NCBI GenBank assembly: GCA_030753015.1 | Contig: JASMDC010000019.1 | Span: forward strand, 1 to 62,750 | DNA: 62,750 nt | DNA from: Candidatus Undinarchaeales archaeon | GTDB taxonomy: Archaea; SpSt-1190; JASMDC01 | Direction: 5' to 3' | Shown here: positions 46,709-56,914 of the stretch, piece by piece | How the letters are laid out: the number at the start of each line of letters is the position of its first letter | Numbering within the stretch: position 1 is the stretch's first letter | Made by a program: the position numbers and the translations under genes | The notes under the pieces: model-generated | What the model was told of the DNA's origin: nothing | The model's input: only the letters and a program-made list of their open reading frames with translations | Database searches by the model: none

Positions 46709-47181
46709 GGTCCGCACCTCCAGTCCTGAGTATCGATGCACAGGTACATAGTCTTCCCATCGCACTCCATCCTGATAGAGCGCTCGTACACGATGGGATT
46801 CGATGACGGGCTGAACTGGAGCGGGGCATAGGCCTCGTAAGGACCGAAGTACTGCATCTTCGTGTCGTAGACCACGTGTACATAGAACCGCACCGGCCCG
46901 ATCTCCGCCTCCCTGAGGGAATAGGTGAACATGGACGCGTCGCAGGTAATCGTCTTGTTGAGGCGACCTACGGCGAAGTACGGATTCATGGCGGCGGCCA
47001 CCCGCTCAGCCTCGTCGACAGTTCGCTGCTTGAGGGTCTCCTCACGACGATCGTTCCGATGGCCCATGAACTGAGACGCTAGTGCGCTGATGACCACCAT
47101 GTAGATCGCCAGAATGGTCATGAGCTCCAGCGCCAGCTGGCCTCGGTCCGACCGGAGGTGATTTCCCCTACTCATCCTCAT
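46705..47181 (-). CDS. Pilin-like class III signal-peptide protein (about 158 aa)
   Basis: The N-terminus is MRMSRGNHLRSDRG|QLALELMTILAIYMVVISALA (Gln+1, Glu+5). The start lies 2-8 nt after the upstream stop. Confidence 0.55.
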   Translation of the reverse strand: MRMSRGNHLRSDRGQLALELMTILAIYMVVISALASQFMGHRNDRREETLKQRTVDEAERVAAAMNPYFAVGRLNKTITCDASMFTYSLREAEIGPVRFYVHVVYDTKMQYFGPYEAYAPLQFSPSSNPIVYERSIRMECDGKTMYLCIDTQDWRCGP

Positions 47182-47710
47182 CCTCCTTGGGGACGCCCCC
47201 TTCGGCGAACAGGCGCACGCGTCCGTGCCGGCACTGTATCTTGAGCTTGACCGAACCGCAGATGAGGTTACCACAGGTGACCTCAAGCCTGTAGCGCTCT
47301 TCAGGCTCGTCTTTCCACTCACCGATGGAGAATGTGCCGAAGTGTCGCCCGTTCACGTAAGCGGATCCTGTCGGTGGTGCCTGATCGAACTGGGAACGCG
47401 GGACCTCCACCTCGATACCCTGCACCGCACCGCTAGCGAATTCCTCTTCACGGTGACGGACGTTGATATGACGTGACCATGTGAAGACCTGGAGGTGCTC
47501 GGTGTTGTGCGATCCACCGTCACAAGCGTGTTCCAGTGCTAAAGCGAGCTTCTTTGCTATGATCTCCGCACGCTTCGCGGAGTTACGGTCGGCGAGCCGC
47601 TGATTCTCCATCTGGGCCGTGAACAGGAGCATCGCGAAAAGCATGAGCACTGCGGACATGAGCGCCAGTGTTTCTAGTGGCACCTGTCCCCGTTGTGCCC
47701 GAACCATCAT
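47168..47710 (-). CDS. Pilin-like class III signal-peptide protein (180 aa)
   Basis: The N-terminus is MMVRAQRG|QVPLETLALMSAVLMLFAMLLF (Gln+1, Glu+5). There is an ATGA overlap with the upstream gene. Confidence 0.6.
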   Translation of the reverse strand: MMVRAQRGQVPLETLALMSAVLMLFAMLLFTAQMENQRLADRNSAKRAEIIAKKLALALEHACDGGSHNTEHLQVFTWSRHINVRHREEEFASGAVQGIEVEVPRSQFDQAPPTGSAYVNGRHFGTFSIGEWKDEPEERYRLEVTCGNLICGSVKLKIQCRHGRVRLFAEGGVPKEDEDE

Positions 47711-50601
47711 GTCGCACCCCCCATGACCTTGTCCACGACGACCATACCTTCGCCCGCCTGCCCGGACGTTTCGGGAAGGATCTGACAGCTCACTCCGATG
47801 GTCCCAATCCCTTTGAACACGATGTCGAAGGGTTCGGTCCGAGTCGTGAAGGTGACAGGTACCACTGAATCGGCCAATGGATCGTAAGCAGCGAACCGCT
47901 TGAACCCCTGCTCGCGCCGCACTTCGACCAGCGAGTCCTGGCCCACATCGAGGTCAAGAATCTCGAAGATCTCCTCACCGATGTAGAACTCGATCTCGGA
48001 TGCCGTACCCCACTCGGTCTGTGGGAACTGGACGCCTTTCACGTCGTCGGGATTGATCGTGGCCTTGAAACGCGCCGTCCAGACATTCGTGATTCCGCCA
48101 TTTTCACATGTTACGTCGGTGAGCCTGGTGAGGATGTAGCAGAAACCTGCGCCACCATTGGCATCCTGGTCCCAGAAACCATCGGCCTTGGTGCACAGTC
48201 GCTCGCTGTTCAGTGAGGCGTAAACGCAGCGTAGAGGTAGAGGATCGTCCTGCCAGACCCCGTTGGCCGTGCAGGCCCAATTGGATCGGTCGCCCGTGAG
48301 CACGTCGGCGGGCGTCTTGCATGTGCCGTCATCGGACACGACGGTGAGCGCTTGATTGTCCTTGTTGACGAAGGTCGCTCGCCGGAGTTCCCGGGGACTG
48401 TTGAGCTGTTCGGCACCGAGCATAACCTGGCGCAGGACGGTGGTCACAGCAAGGATTGCGGTCTCGTCGTCGGCCAGATGGAACCGGAACGTCCCCAACC
48501 GCGGGAACACTACCTCGACCGTCTCGTCAGGATCGAGGTCAAGTGATACCTTCGGGCCCCACATGACGGCCTCGTCTTCCTCGATGACACACAGGTCCTG
48601 AGTGACCCTGAGGTTATCGATACAGCCCAGCTCGTCGTGCCAGTGATAGCCCCCGCCGTGAAGCCAAGTCCCACCGGCCGGTTCACACGCCACCTGTGCG
48701 AAATCGCAGCTATCGGTGAAGCTCGACCATGTCCCGGCGGCGTCATCGCACGTCGTTGGGGTGAGCACGCACCCGAGCAGTTCCTCCCACTTACCACCAA
48801 GGTCCTTGCAGGATTCCTCGATGAAGTTGCATGAGCCCGGGCCCACTTCGCACTCCTCCGGTGAGGCCACGTCGGCTAGGGTACAGGACTCGATAGGGAC
48901 GCCCAAGTCGGCCCGAGGTTCGTTCCACTCGCCATTGATGGTACAGAGGCTCTCTGCCGTGTCGACACCGTTCGAGCATCCTAGCTCCTCGGACACTATG
49001 GATACGGACACCGTGTCGGGATTCCTGAAGACGACAACTCCTTCCAGAGGGATAGATACCATGCCAGGATCGATCATCAGCGGATGGACCTCGACCTCGC
49101 GAGTGTCCACGAACACCTCAAGGATGTCATCGGGTACTACGTCGGGATCGCCCGCGATACGGAACCGGTGAACTCCCGAGCGGGTGAAGGTCACCGTGTC
49201 GCTGTCAAGACCGCACGTGAGCACATTCTCGTTCCACACGCCCCCCGCAGTCTGGCAGTCCTCGACGGTGAGAAAGGCAGCAAGGGTGGGGTTCTTGAGA
49301 ATGTAGATACGGTCGTATTTGGGAACCCAGCCCCCGTCATCGCGCTCGCATGCTTCACGGGAGACGGCTCGTTCGGCGATATGACAACCTGCACCGGCGA
49401 CCATATCGCCTCCATTGTCCGTGCAGAGATCGACCACATCACAGATGAATGTGCCAACGTCCCACGAACCAACTGTACCAATGAGTGCATTGCAGGCATC
49501 CTCGGTGCCGATGTCAGCGAAGAACACGCACAGGTCCACGCCATCGGCCCCTGCGCCAGGTCTGAACCGTCCTGCCCGGTCCCGAGTGAGCGCGGGATCA
49601 CCCGCCCTGCAACGGTCCTGGCTCACTGAACGAGAGGGCATGTTGCACACAGTCCCCTCGTCACCGAGGTCCACGATCTCCCCGCCCGCAGCCTCGCACG
49701 GAACTCGGACGTCGCACAGGGGCTCATCGCCTTCGATCCACTCCCCTCCCTCGGCATTGCACGACTCCTGCGTGGCGAGCCCGTCGTAGAACTCGCACAG
49801 GTTGCCAGCATCGTCCGCTTGCTGATACGTCCCCTGCAGTCCGCACATGATCTCGGTGTCGCCGTAGTCGCTGGAGCACCACCCGTTCGCGGACACGAGC
49901 CTGATGCCACAGGATCCGCTCCCCTCGTGCCAAGCACCACCCGCATCATGACATGCCACCGGTGTCATGTCGCAGCCACCAAGGTCATTGTTCCAGACAC
50001 CGCCCGCATTCCCGCAGCCGGTCATGGCGAGCTCGCAGGTCGTGTCGCCCTCGTTCCAGATACCGCTCGCAGCACGACACTCGTCCTCTGCGAGGGTGCA
50101 GACGTCGGGACCTCCAACCCAGGTACCGCCCGCGATCCGGCATGCACGCTCGGCGAGCTCGCAGATGCTGTCTGCACCATCCCACGTACCCCCGGCGCCA
50201 TCCTCGCATGCAGTCTCGGCGTCCAGGTCGGGGAAGCTGTCATGGTTCTCGATGATAATGCGGTCGTTCACGGTAAGATCCGTGATCCGTGCAGGCCATA
50301 ACCCTTCACGTAGCAACTGGACGTTCCGTATCCTTGATGTCGCGTGCACACGCGTGTAAGGCGCGGCAGGGACCTTCACCAAGGCCATGTCGGGGGTCGC
50401 TGGCTCGCACACGGTCTCGATCGCCGTGGCGAGCTCGAACCCCATGGCCCCCAGATGCTTCTCGTCAGCAAGTTGTTCGAACGATATGTACTTCAGCTGC
50501 GCTTGGTAGAGCACGTAGCCGAACATCATGAATATGGCCGTGGCAAGGACCATGAACTCGAGGGCCACCTGACCACGGAAGCGCCTTCTCACGGACAGCA
50601 C
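47707..50601 (-). CDS. Giant class III signal-peptide protein (964 aa) with Cys/Trp/Gly repeats
   Basis: The N-terminus is MLSVRRRFRG|QVALEFMVLATAIFMMF (Gln+1, Glu+5). It has repeated CxxxxGGxWxxGxxxCxLA units of about 22 aa and is an acidic, Cys-rich extracellular protein. Confidence 0.65.
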   Translation of the reverse strand: MLSVRRRFRGQVALEFMVLATAIFMMFGYVLYQAQLKYISFEQLADEKHLGAMGFELATAIETVCEPATPDMALVKVPAAPYTRVHATSRIRNVQLLREGLWPARITDLTVNDRIIIENHDSFPDLDAETACEDGAGGTWDGADSICELAERACRIAGGTWVGGPDVCTLAEDECRAASGIWNEGDTTCELAMTGCGNAGGVWNNDLGGCDMTPVACHDAGGAWHEGSGSCGIRLVSANGWCSSDYGDTEIMCGLQGTYQQADDAGNLCEFYDGLATQESCNAEGGEWIEGDEPLCDVRVPCEAAGGEIVDLGDEGTVCNMPSRSVSQDRCRAGDPALTRDRAGRFRPGAGADGVDLCVFFADIGTEDACNALIGTVGSWDVGTFICDVVDLCTDNGGDMVAGAGCHIAERAVSREACERDDGGWVPKYDRIYILKNPTLAAFLTVEDCQTAGGVWNENVLTCGLDSDTVTFTRSGVHRFRIAGDPDVVPDDILEVFVDTREVEVHPLMIDPGMVSIPLEGVVVFRNPDTVSVSIVSEELGCSNGVDTAESLCTINGEWNEPRADLGVPIESCTLADVASPEECEVGPGSCNFIEESCKDLGGKWEELLGCVLTPTTCDDAAGTWSSFTDSCDFAQVACEPAGGTWLHGGGYHWHDELGCIDNLRVTQDLCVIEEDEAVMWGPKVSLDLDPDETVEVVFPRLGTFRFHLADDETAILAVTTVLRQVMLGAEQLNSPRELRRATFVNKDNQALTVVSDDGTCKTPADVLTGDRSNWACTANGVWQDDPLPLRCVYASLNSERLCTKADGFWDQDANGGAGFCYILTRLTDVTCENGGITNVWTARFKATINPDDVKGVQFPQTEWGTASEIEFYIGEEIFEILDLDVGQDSLVEVRREQGFKRFAAYDPLADSVVPVTFTTRTEPFDIVFKGIGTIGVSCQILPETSGQAGEGMVVVDKVMGGAT

Positions 50602-52301
50602 CTCTTACCGTTGCACGTGCGCATGGCATGCCTGATGAGCGGGTACACGCGCAGTACACGCAGGAAACATTCGTCGTCGACGGGACACCTTGTGAGTGTG
50701 TGATACCCGGCGTCGGTGTACGCATCGTCCGTGGCCCACTTATGCATGATTGTCGTGAAATTGTGGATGCCGCGCTGGTCCGGAAGGTCCTCAGCCAGTA
50801 TCTCCGCGAGAGATATTGTACTGCCGTCAGCCAGGTTGACCTGGTGGTAGTCCGTGGGGTAGAAATCGTTTGCTTCCATACGGCAGGCGATATTGTAGAA
50901 GGCCCATACGTCGAAATCAGCGAGATGATAATCGCATACGGTATCGCCCGATGACAGGTACTCATCTCCCACTCCCAGATGGACGGGGAGCTTCGTCACC
51001 ATGCTACCGTCCTCGCCAAGGAGCTCTATCTCTCCGTCGTACATGGTCGTGGGAAGCAGGCTGCTCAATCCGTTCTCCACGATTGTCTGGAACCTGCACC
51101 GGGAGCGCATAACGACGCCCTCTGCTGCTCCGAACGTATCAGGATCGTTGCCGTCTATCGCCAGTGAGTAAGCGCATGGATAGCATGTATCCACGGGATA
51201 CAGGTCGTCGTAATCGGTCTCACCGTGCGAGCACGCGCCGCATGGCGTGGCTTCCGCCTCCTCTGGCTCCTGAACCCCGCTGTAGAGACCGTACCAACTC
51301 TGTGGGTAGGTAAGGCCCGTGTCCTCGTCCACAGCAAAGAAACCCTCGATGAACTCATCATTTTCCGGATCAGTGTACCGCGAGCAGGTGTTGCTGATAT
51401 GGATTCCGAACGCCCGACGAAGGATGTCCCGCGGGTCCGGCGGTTCCGCACCTTCTTCGCCGCCTTCACCACCGCCTCCGCCGTCAATTTCACAGAACTC
51501 CTCGAAGGCGTGGCCCCGGGGGATACCGTAGGGCCCGAGGGTTAAATGGTCGCTGAGAATGCACATCCCAAGCTCTACCGCAGCGCAGAGCGACCGGGCA
51601 GGACCGCAGGCCTTCCCCGCCTCGCGTGCGTACGTTGCAAGTTTTGACATGTTCACCGCATAGTCGACGTTGACGTCCGGCAGCTCCATCTCGCAGCATC
51701 CTATGTTGTACCCCACTGGGGGTGCGTATGAGTTGTACTGTCCGATATCAATCTCTTCCAGGGTGAGCACTGGTTCGGGATCCCCCTCGACCTCAGGTGC
51801 AGGTTCGTCAGGATCGGCGGCGGGGGCGTTATCAGAGGGCTCGAACCGCAACCGTAGCCGGGGCATGCTCCTGAGCCGAGCGGCCACCTCACCCTTCCAG
51901 TCGTCGTCACCCGGACCATCGATCAACGGTGGGTATTGCTCGCGAGCAGCATCGACGATGGACTGGAAGTCATTGGGACAGTTCGTCCCGAGGTTCATGG
52001 TATCGTAACGATTGTTGAGCATGAGTGGCAGGTCCACGACGCTGTGGCCGAATAGCTCCCCGGGAACCCCGCTCCATGCACCAATAGCAGCGAATCCTCC
52101 ATCCACGACCCCTATCTCGAGAGCTGTCTTGTGATAACGAAGGAGATTGATAGCAGCGCGTTCCTCGAGGTCGATTGTGGCCCGTGCCGAGCGTGCCTGG
52201 TTGATCGTGGCCACTTCCAGCACTCCGTACGCGATGACGATGAAGATCGCCAGAGAGATGAATCCCTGCCGCTCGCGTCGGTCTACTCCCGCCATACGCA
52301 C
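50589..52301 (-). CDS. Class III signal-peptide protein (570 aa)
   Basis: The N-terminus is MRMAGVDRRERQG|FISLAIFIVIAYGVL. It overlaps the upstream gene by 18 nt. Confidence 0.6.
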   Translation of the reverse strand: MRMAGVDRRERQGFISLAIFIVIAYGVLEVATINQARSARATIDLEERAAINLLRYHKTALEIGVVDGGFAAIGAWSGVPGELFGHSVVDLPLMLNNRYDTMNLGTNCPNDFQSIVDAAREQYPPLIDGPGDDDWKGEVAARLRSMPRLRLRFEPSDNAPAADPDEPAPEVEGDPEPVLTLEEIDIGQYNSYAPPVGYNIGCCEMELPDVNVDYAVNMSKLATYAREAGKACGPARSLCAAVELGMCILSDHLTLGPYGIPRGHAFEEFCEIDGGGGGEGGEEGAEPPDPRDILRRAFGIHISNTCSRYTDPENDEFIEGFFAVDEDTGLTYPQSWYGLYSGVQEPEEAEATPCGACSHGETDYDDLYPVDTCYPCAYSLAIDGNDPDTFGAAEGVVMRSRCRFQTIVENGLSSLLPTTMYDGEIELLGEDGSMVTKLPVHLGVGDEYLSSGDTVCDYHLADFDVWAFYNIACRMEANDFYPTDYHQVNLADGSTISLAEILAEDLPDQRGIHNFTTIMHKWATDDAYTDAGYHTLTRCPVDDECFLRVLRVYPLIRHAMRTCNGKRCCP

Positions 52302-53536
52302 ACCTTCACCGTGACTACCTGCGGACAGGCCAGGGGCTGGACAAGCGGGGGATCTAGGTCATCACCGCAACTGTTCCGGCCCAGGTTGAGCCCACACAGG
52401 GTCACCTCGCGCTCCACGCAATACACGGTCCGCGGAGGTGGATCCGTGGGGATGTGACAGGGGCAGAAGAATCCAAAGGGATTGTCGCAGTCGTTACTGG
52501 GATCGTCATCGTACCGACTGTTGTCGAAGCATCGTCGGAACTTAATGAATCGGGCCGGATCGTCATCGGCCACTATATCCGGTAAGTCGGGCACGACAGA
52601 TATAATCCTATTCGCTGCTCCCGCGATGCCCTCTGCTCCTTCCAGCGCCTCCCTTACAGTGCGCGCTGCATAGGTCCGGGGTGTAGGCGGATTCGCCTCG
52701 GGAGGATCCTTCTCGGGGGGGAAAACCTTGGGGAAAAGCTTCGGAATCAACCGATCAAGCTCGCGGTCCTCGGCCATCTGGTCGGCCGTCGCCAGTTCAG
52801 GATTAGTCGCGAAGAAGTTGATACCATAAGTGCTCACGTACCTGACCGTGGGATCCTCGGCGTCCTCGTTGATCCTCTGGGCGAACCGACCGAGGCCTGG
52901 CGGGTCCATGCGCCATTCACCATCATCTACTACAGTGCAATCCTCTGCGGTCGTCACATCCGCTCGTACACACTCACCGACACCACCGTCCCAGGTCCCA
53001 CCGGCCGTCGTGCAGTCCGGATCATTGTCGATAGTGGTCACAACGCACCGTGGATTAGGATCCTCTACCTCCACGATTTCCCGTTTTGCGTATTCGGTAA
53101 GATAGATACGGTACGCGCCTGCGAGCTCGTTATCGATATCCCCCGCGTCGATAGCTACACGATTGGCCTCGTACCACGCAGCATAGCTCATTCCACCCGC
53201 TCCGTCGTCCACCGCTCCCGGTAATAATCCCAAAAGCCACGGGTCCTCGTACTGTATGAAGAACCGGTACACGGGGTACATCCCGGCGATGGTCTCCAGA
53301 CCCATGCTTCCGCAGCTGCGCTCGGGCGGGAACGCGAAGGGGCAGCTCTGGACATGCTCGGCCGACTGGCTGCACGCGTTGATGATGTCATGGGCCAGAC
53401 GCTGGGCATTGAGCGCCTCTGCGTTGGGATAAGGGAAGTGGTGGACGGCCACCGATGAGAGGATGAGCACCGACAGCGTCATGGTGAGGAGGGCGTCCAT
53501 GGTGAAGATGAAGCCCGCCCGCTCACGTCGCTCCAT
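52283..53536 (-). CDS. Class III signal-peptide protein (about 418 aa)
   Basis: An internal Met start 2 nt after the upstream stop gives MERRERAG|FIFTMDALLTMTLSVLIL. Confidence 0.6.
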   Translation of the reverse strand: MERRERAGFIFTMDALLTMTLSVLILSSVAVHHFPYPNAEALNAQRLAHDIINACSQSAEHVQSCPFAFPPERSCGSMGLETIAGMYPVYRFFIQYEDPWLLGLLPGAVDDGAGGMSYAAWYEANRVAIDAGDIDNELAGAYRIYLTEYAKREIVEVEDPNPRCVVTTIDNDPDCTTAGGTWDGGVGECVRADVTTAEDCTVVDDGEWRMDPPGLGRFAQRINEDAEDPTVRYVSTYGINFFATNPELATADQMAEDRELDRLIPKLFPKVFPPEKDPPEANPPTPRTYAARTVREALEGAEGIAGAANRIISVVPDLPDIVADDDPARFIKFRRCFDNSRYDDDPSNDCDNPFGFFCPCHIPTDPPPRTVYCVEREVTLCGLNLGRNSCGDDLDPPLVQPLACPQVVTVKVCVWRE

Positions 53537-53538
53537 GT

Positions 53539-56500
53539 TCACTCTTCCTCCTCTCCTTCCTCTTCGGGGAGAGGTACGATCAAAGCGCTGTCCAGTTCCT
53601 CCAGTGTGGGCACCGGGTCCACCGGTACGAGGCAGGAGGTGAACCCGATGGAGTTGAAGAAGTTGTTGCACAGCGAAGTGGATATGGGCTCGCGGACGGT
53701 GCAGTACTGTACCATGTTCTCCCGCATGGAGATCGCCAGGTCCGCCAGCGGTGCAAAGCTGTTCTCTTCGCCCTCGTACGAGCACTCGAGCTCTGCCGGC
53801 GTCATAGGTGGGTAGAGAGCACGAAGGAGGTAGTTATCCTGATCGAGACCACACTGGGCGAGGTTCTCTGTGATCTCGCACTGGTCGTCCTCATCAGGTG
53901 CCGGGTAGGTGATAAGGTCGTCGAAGAACACGTCCAGGTCGCGTCCGAGACAGACGTTCTCCTCGCAGTCGCCGTGGCCGGGCAGGGTAGCGAACGTGGC
54001 GCACTCCTTAACGTCGTCGCATTCGCTCCCGGCCCGTTTCCCGAGGGCGCACCAGTGCGTGTGGACGCCACCGACGGGATCGGGTTCTTCGGGATTCAGG
54101 CAATAGTAGGGCGTGGGGAATGATCCGTCGTTGATGGCGGTCGCGTACTGGTCGGCCAGCCATTCACAGCAGTCCACGTCGCTGTTACAGCAGGGGAGGG
54201 GCGCTGGTTGGACCAAGTGCGCAGCGCAGATCGCGGCTTCGTCACAGTCAGCAGCTGGAAGGAACAGGGCATGAGTACATCCCTGTTCACAATTATCCGC
54301 GAGATCGTCAAGGTCCTGGCACTGTGTGAATTCGCACGTGTCACCAGGGCAATCAGGATCGAAGCAGTCTGTCGCCACACAGTTGGCGTTCGGATCGTCC
54401 AGGTCGTCTGTGAGACTGAACACGCGGCAGAACTTGCAGTGGTCCGTCTCCATGTCCGGGCAGCACATCCCCAGGTCGAGGTCGATGCACATCCCGGATC
54501 CCTCGCACAGATGCGTCCGGTTCCCCTCGTCCCCCCACCGCTCAGCAAGTTCCTGCTGGAACGGACTGTCGTCTATTGCGTCTGGTGCCCAGGGATCGTT
54601 CATCGGATCGGGCGCCAGGGCGTTCATCTCGTCAGAATAAGGAGCGCGAATGACATAGGGTATATCCATCTCTAGGCACGTGTAAACACGGGGAAGTTCG
54701 TCCTCATCGGTTCCAAGTATCGTCCGCGTCACCACATCCAGGCTCTCAAGGGATTCCGGAGCGCAACATTGGCCGTCCTCGCCCGGAAGCCCGGCATCGA
54801 TCTCCTCGGCAATGAGCGTAGCCTTGAGATTTGCGTAGTACGACTCTTTCTGAGCCCGGTAAGTCGAGTTCAGTATGTCCCCCCCGGCGTTAGCTAGGGT
54901 TTGGAGGGTAACATCCTCGAACTCCTGGGGATGGACGCATGAATACCACTGTCCGCCCATGCAGTAGTGGTCGCGGTAGTCACTGTCAGCGTTCCAACCG
55001 ACACCGAACACGTCCTCAAGGTTCTGGGTGAGCGCCGGATCCGGGAGGCACATGGGCAGCGGATCGCCGAACCACTCCACACCGTAGGCGAATCCAGTGC
55101 AGGTATCCTCGGTCACGATGAGGGGGACCACGCAGTGTAGAAAGCCCGCGTCCCACTGGCCGTTGTAGGGTGCGCTCTCGCAGGTCTCCCGGTCCCACTC
55201 CGCCTCCTCGTCTTCGGCCACGATACAACGGGGATCGGGATCCGCGCACGTGAACTGGAGCAGGCGGAGATGGTCGGGATCGGTATAGGCGTCCAGAGTG
55301 CTGTTCCATGAGCAGCGGGAGAAGTCCTTGCACCCCACATCGTACCTCTCGCATGTCGCAGTATGAGCACCTGCATCGTAATTGCATCGCTGGACGCGCC
55401 ACTGGCTGTTCCCTTCCGCGTCAACGTGGCACCGGTCGCAGTTCTTGCTAAAGGTGTCCGTGTCAGCCGCGTCAAGCATTACGCGACAATCATCGAGGTC
55501 GTCGGGATCATTGTCAGGATCGTTACAGGCATAATGCCATTGAGCGTCCTCCAAACACTCCTCCGTGACCTCTATTTCTCCGGGGGGTGGGAGGGGTTCG
55601 TCCGAGCACACCACGGCACCGTTGCCCATATCAACATCACACCGGGCGTCTCTGGCCACGCCGCTTGTAGAGCAGTACTTGCACGTGATACCGTCCGGGT
55701 TCGGATCATCACCATCGGGCTCGATACACGCATCCTCGATGGGCGGTGCGCCGGGAGGCGGCCCGAGGGTCAGCGGATCGCCGGACTCGACATAGTAGCA
55801 CTGGATCGGTAGCACATCTTCGGTCGGCAGGGGATCGCAGGTTATGGGATCGAGGAGATCTCCGTACACGGCGGGCATCACGCACCGACGCGTCTCGCCG
55901 ATAGCGAATCGGGCGTTGTCGACATCGTTGATGCAGCGCGAGCACTGTACGGTCCCGCCCTCCTGTGAACCGCACTGGAACGTCCTCTCCCCATCGGCGA
56001 GGACGGGGAGGCAGTCGTCCTCCTCATTGGATTCGTCACACTCCGCCAGACCATCCACTCGAGAACAGCCCGAGGTCACGATACTGCCGTCACTCTCGCA
56101 GAATTTACAATCGATGTCATCGAGGTTCTCTGCATCACATGCGGCTTCCAGCGGAGCGTTCCCCGAGTAGCACGAGTCGGTGGACTGCTGGCACTTGTGC
56201 AGGTTGCCGTTGCACCGTACCTGCTGCGCCACGACCCCTTCGTCGACAAGACACTTGTCACAGTACACAATATTGTTCTCAGCGTCCACCTGACAGGGAT
56301 TCTCGTTGGGATTGCAGTCCTTCTGCAGTTCCCCGACCGCCAAGAAGGCCCTGCCGGTGACATCCGATATCAGACATGTATCAGCCATCAGCTTGCCAGT
56401 CAGGTCGCAGTAGAAGCACAGCCTCTTGTCCTCGTCCCCGCCGCTGCAGGCCACCGCTGCGGTAACGGGACCGGTGTAGTACGGGACCTCCGTCTCGATG

Positions 56501-56901
56501 CACCCACTGCCTCCGGCCAATTTGTCCATCACGTCACACCTGCGCTGCTGGACAGCGCCGGTATCCAGGCATGCCTCCTCGCAGTAGGCGCTCCCCGTGC
56601 CCGAGTCCCGCTTGCACGATTCTGCGAAACCGCAGTCGGTCGCCACGGGCGGTGAACAGGTGCAGGTGCCATCGCCCTCGTTGATGACGCAATCCCATTC
56701 ATTGAGGACGGCGTCAAGTGTACATCCAGCGCAGCTGAAGGGAGGACCTGTGTCGTAGTCGCAGGTGACAGGATTACTATCGACCAGCTGGATAGTGTTC
56801 CCCGGTCCAAGAACGCATGCAGCGCTGACCGGTGTGAAGAGAATCAGAAATAGTAGAAGGAGGGTGATGACTGGCGAATCTCGCACGCCATCACCCTTCA
56901 T
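53539..56901 (-). CDS. Giant (about 1120 aa) Sec-secreted, highly acidic, Cys-rich protein embedded in the class III operon
   Basis: It has a Sec signal (MKGDGVRDSPVITLLLLFLILFTPVSAA) and well over 100 Cys. It has no TM. The C-terminus is PLPEEEGEEEE. Confidence 0.6.
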   Translation of the reverse strand: MKGDGVRDSPVITLLLLFLILFTPVSAACVLGPGNTIQLVDSNPVTCDYDTGPPFSCAGCTLDAVLNEWDCVINEGDGTCTCSPPVATDCGFAESCKRDSGTGSAYCEEACLDTGAVQQRRCDVMDKLAGGSGCIETEVPYYTGPVTAAVACSGGDEDKRLCFYCDLTGKLMADTCLISDVTGRAFLAVGELQKDCNPNENPCQVDAENNIVYCDKCLVDEGVVAQQVRCNGNLHKCQQSTDSCYSGNAPLEAACDAENLDDIDCKFCESDGSIVTSGCSRVDGLAECDESNEEDDCLPVLADGERTFQCGSQEGGTVQCSRCINDVDNARFAIGETRRCVMPAVYGDLLDPITCDPLPTEDVLPIQCYYVESGDPLTLGPPPGAPPIEDACIEPDGDDPNPDGITCKYCSTSGVARDARCDVDMGNGAVVCSDEPLPPPGEIEVTEECLEDAQWHYACNDPDNDPDDLDDCRVMLDAADTDTFSKNCDRCHVDAEGNSQWRVQRCNYDAGAHTATCERYDVGCKDFSRCSWNSTLDAYTDPDHLRLLQFTCADPDPRCIVAEDEEAEWDRETCESAPYNGQWDAGFLHCVVPLIVTEDTCTGFAYGVEWFGDPLPMCLPDPALTQNLEDVFGVGWNADSDYRDHYCMGGQWYSCVHPQEFEDVTLQTLANAGGDILNSTYRAQKESYYANLKATLIAEEIDAGLPGEDGQCCAPESLESLDVVTRTILGTDEDELPRVYTCLEMDIPYVIRAPYSDEMNALAPDPMNDPWAPDAIDDSPFQQELAERWGDEGNRTHLCEGSGMCIDLDLGMCCPDMETDHCKFCRVFSLTDDLDDPNANCVATDCFDPDCPGDTCEFTQCQDLDDLADNCEQGCTHALFLPAADCDEAAICAAHLVQPAPLPCCNSDVDCCEWLADQYATAINDGSFPTPYYCLNPEEPDPVGGVHTHWCALGKRAGSECDDVKECATFATLPGHGDCEENVCLGRDLDVFFDDLITYPAPDEDDQCEITENLAQCGLDQDNYLLRALYPPMTPAELECSYEGEENSFAPLADLAISMRENMVQYCTVREPISTSLCNNFFNSIGFTSCLVPVDPVPTLEELDSALIVPLPEEEGEEEE

Positions 56902-56914
56902 ACCTGCGGCCCGT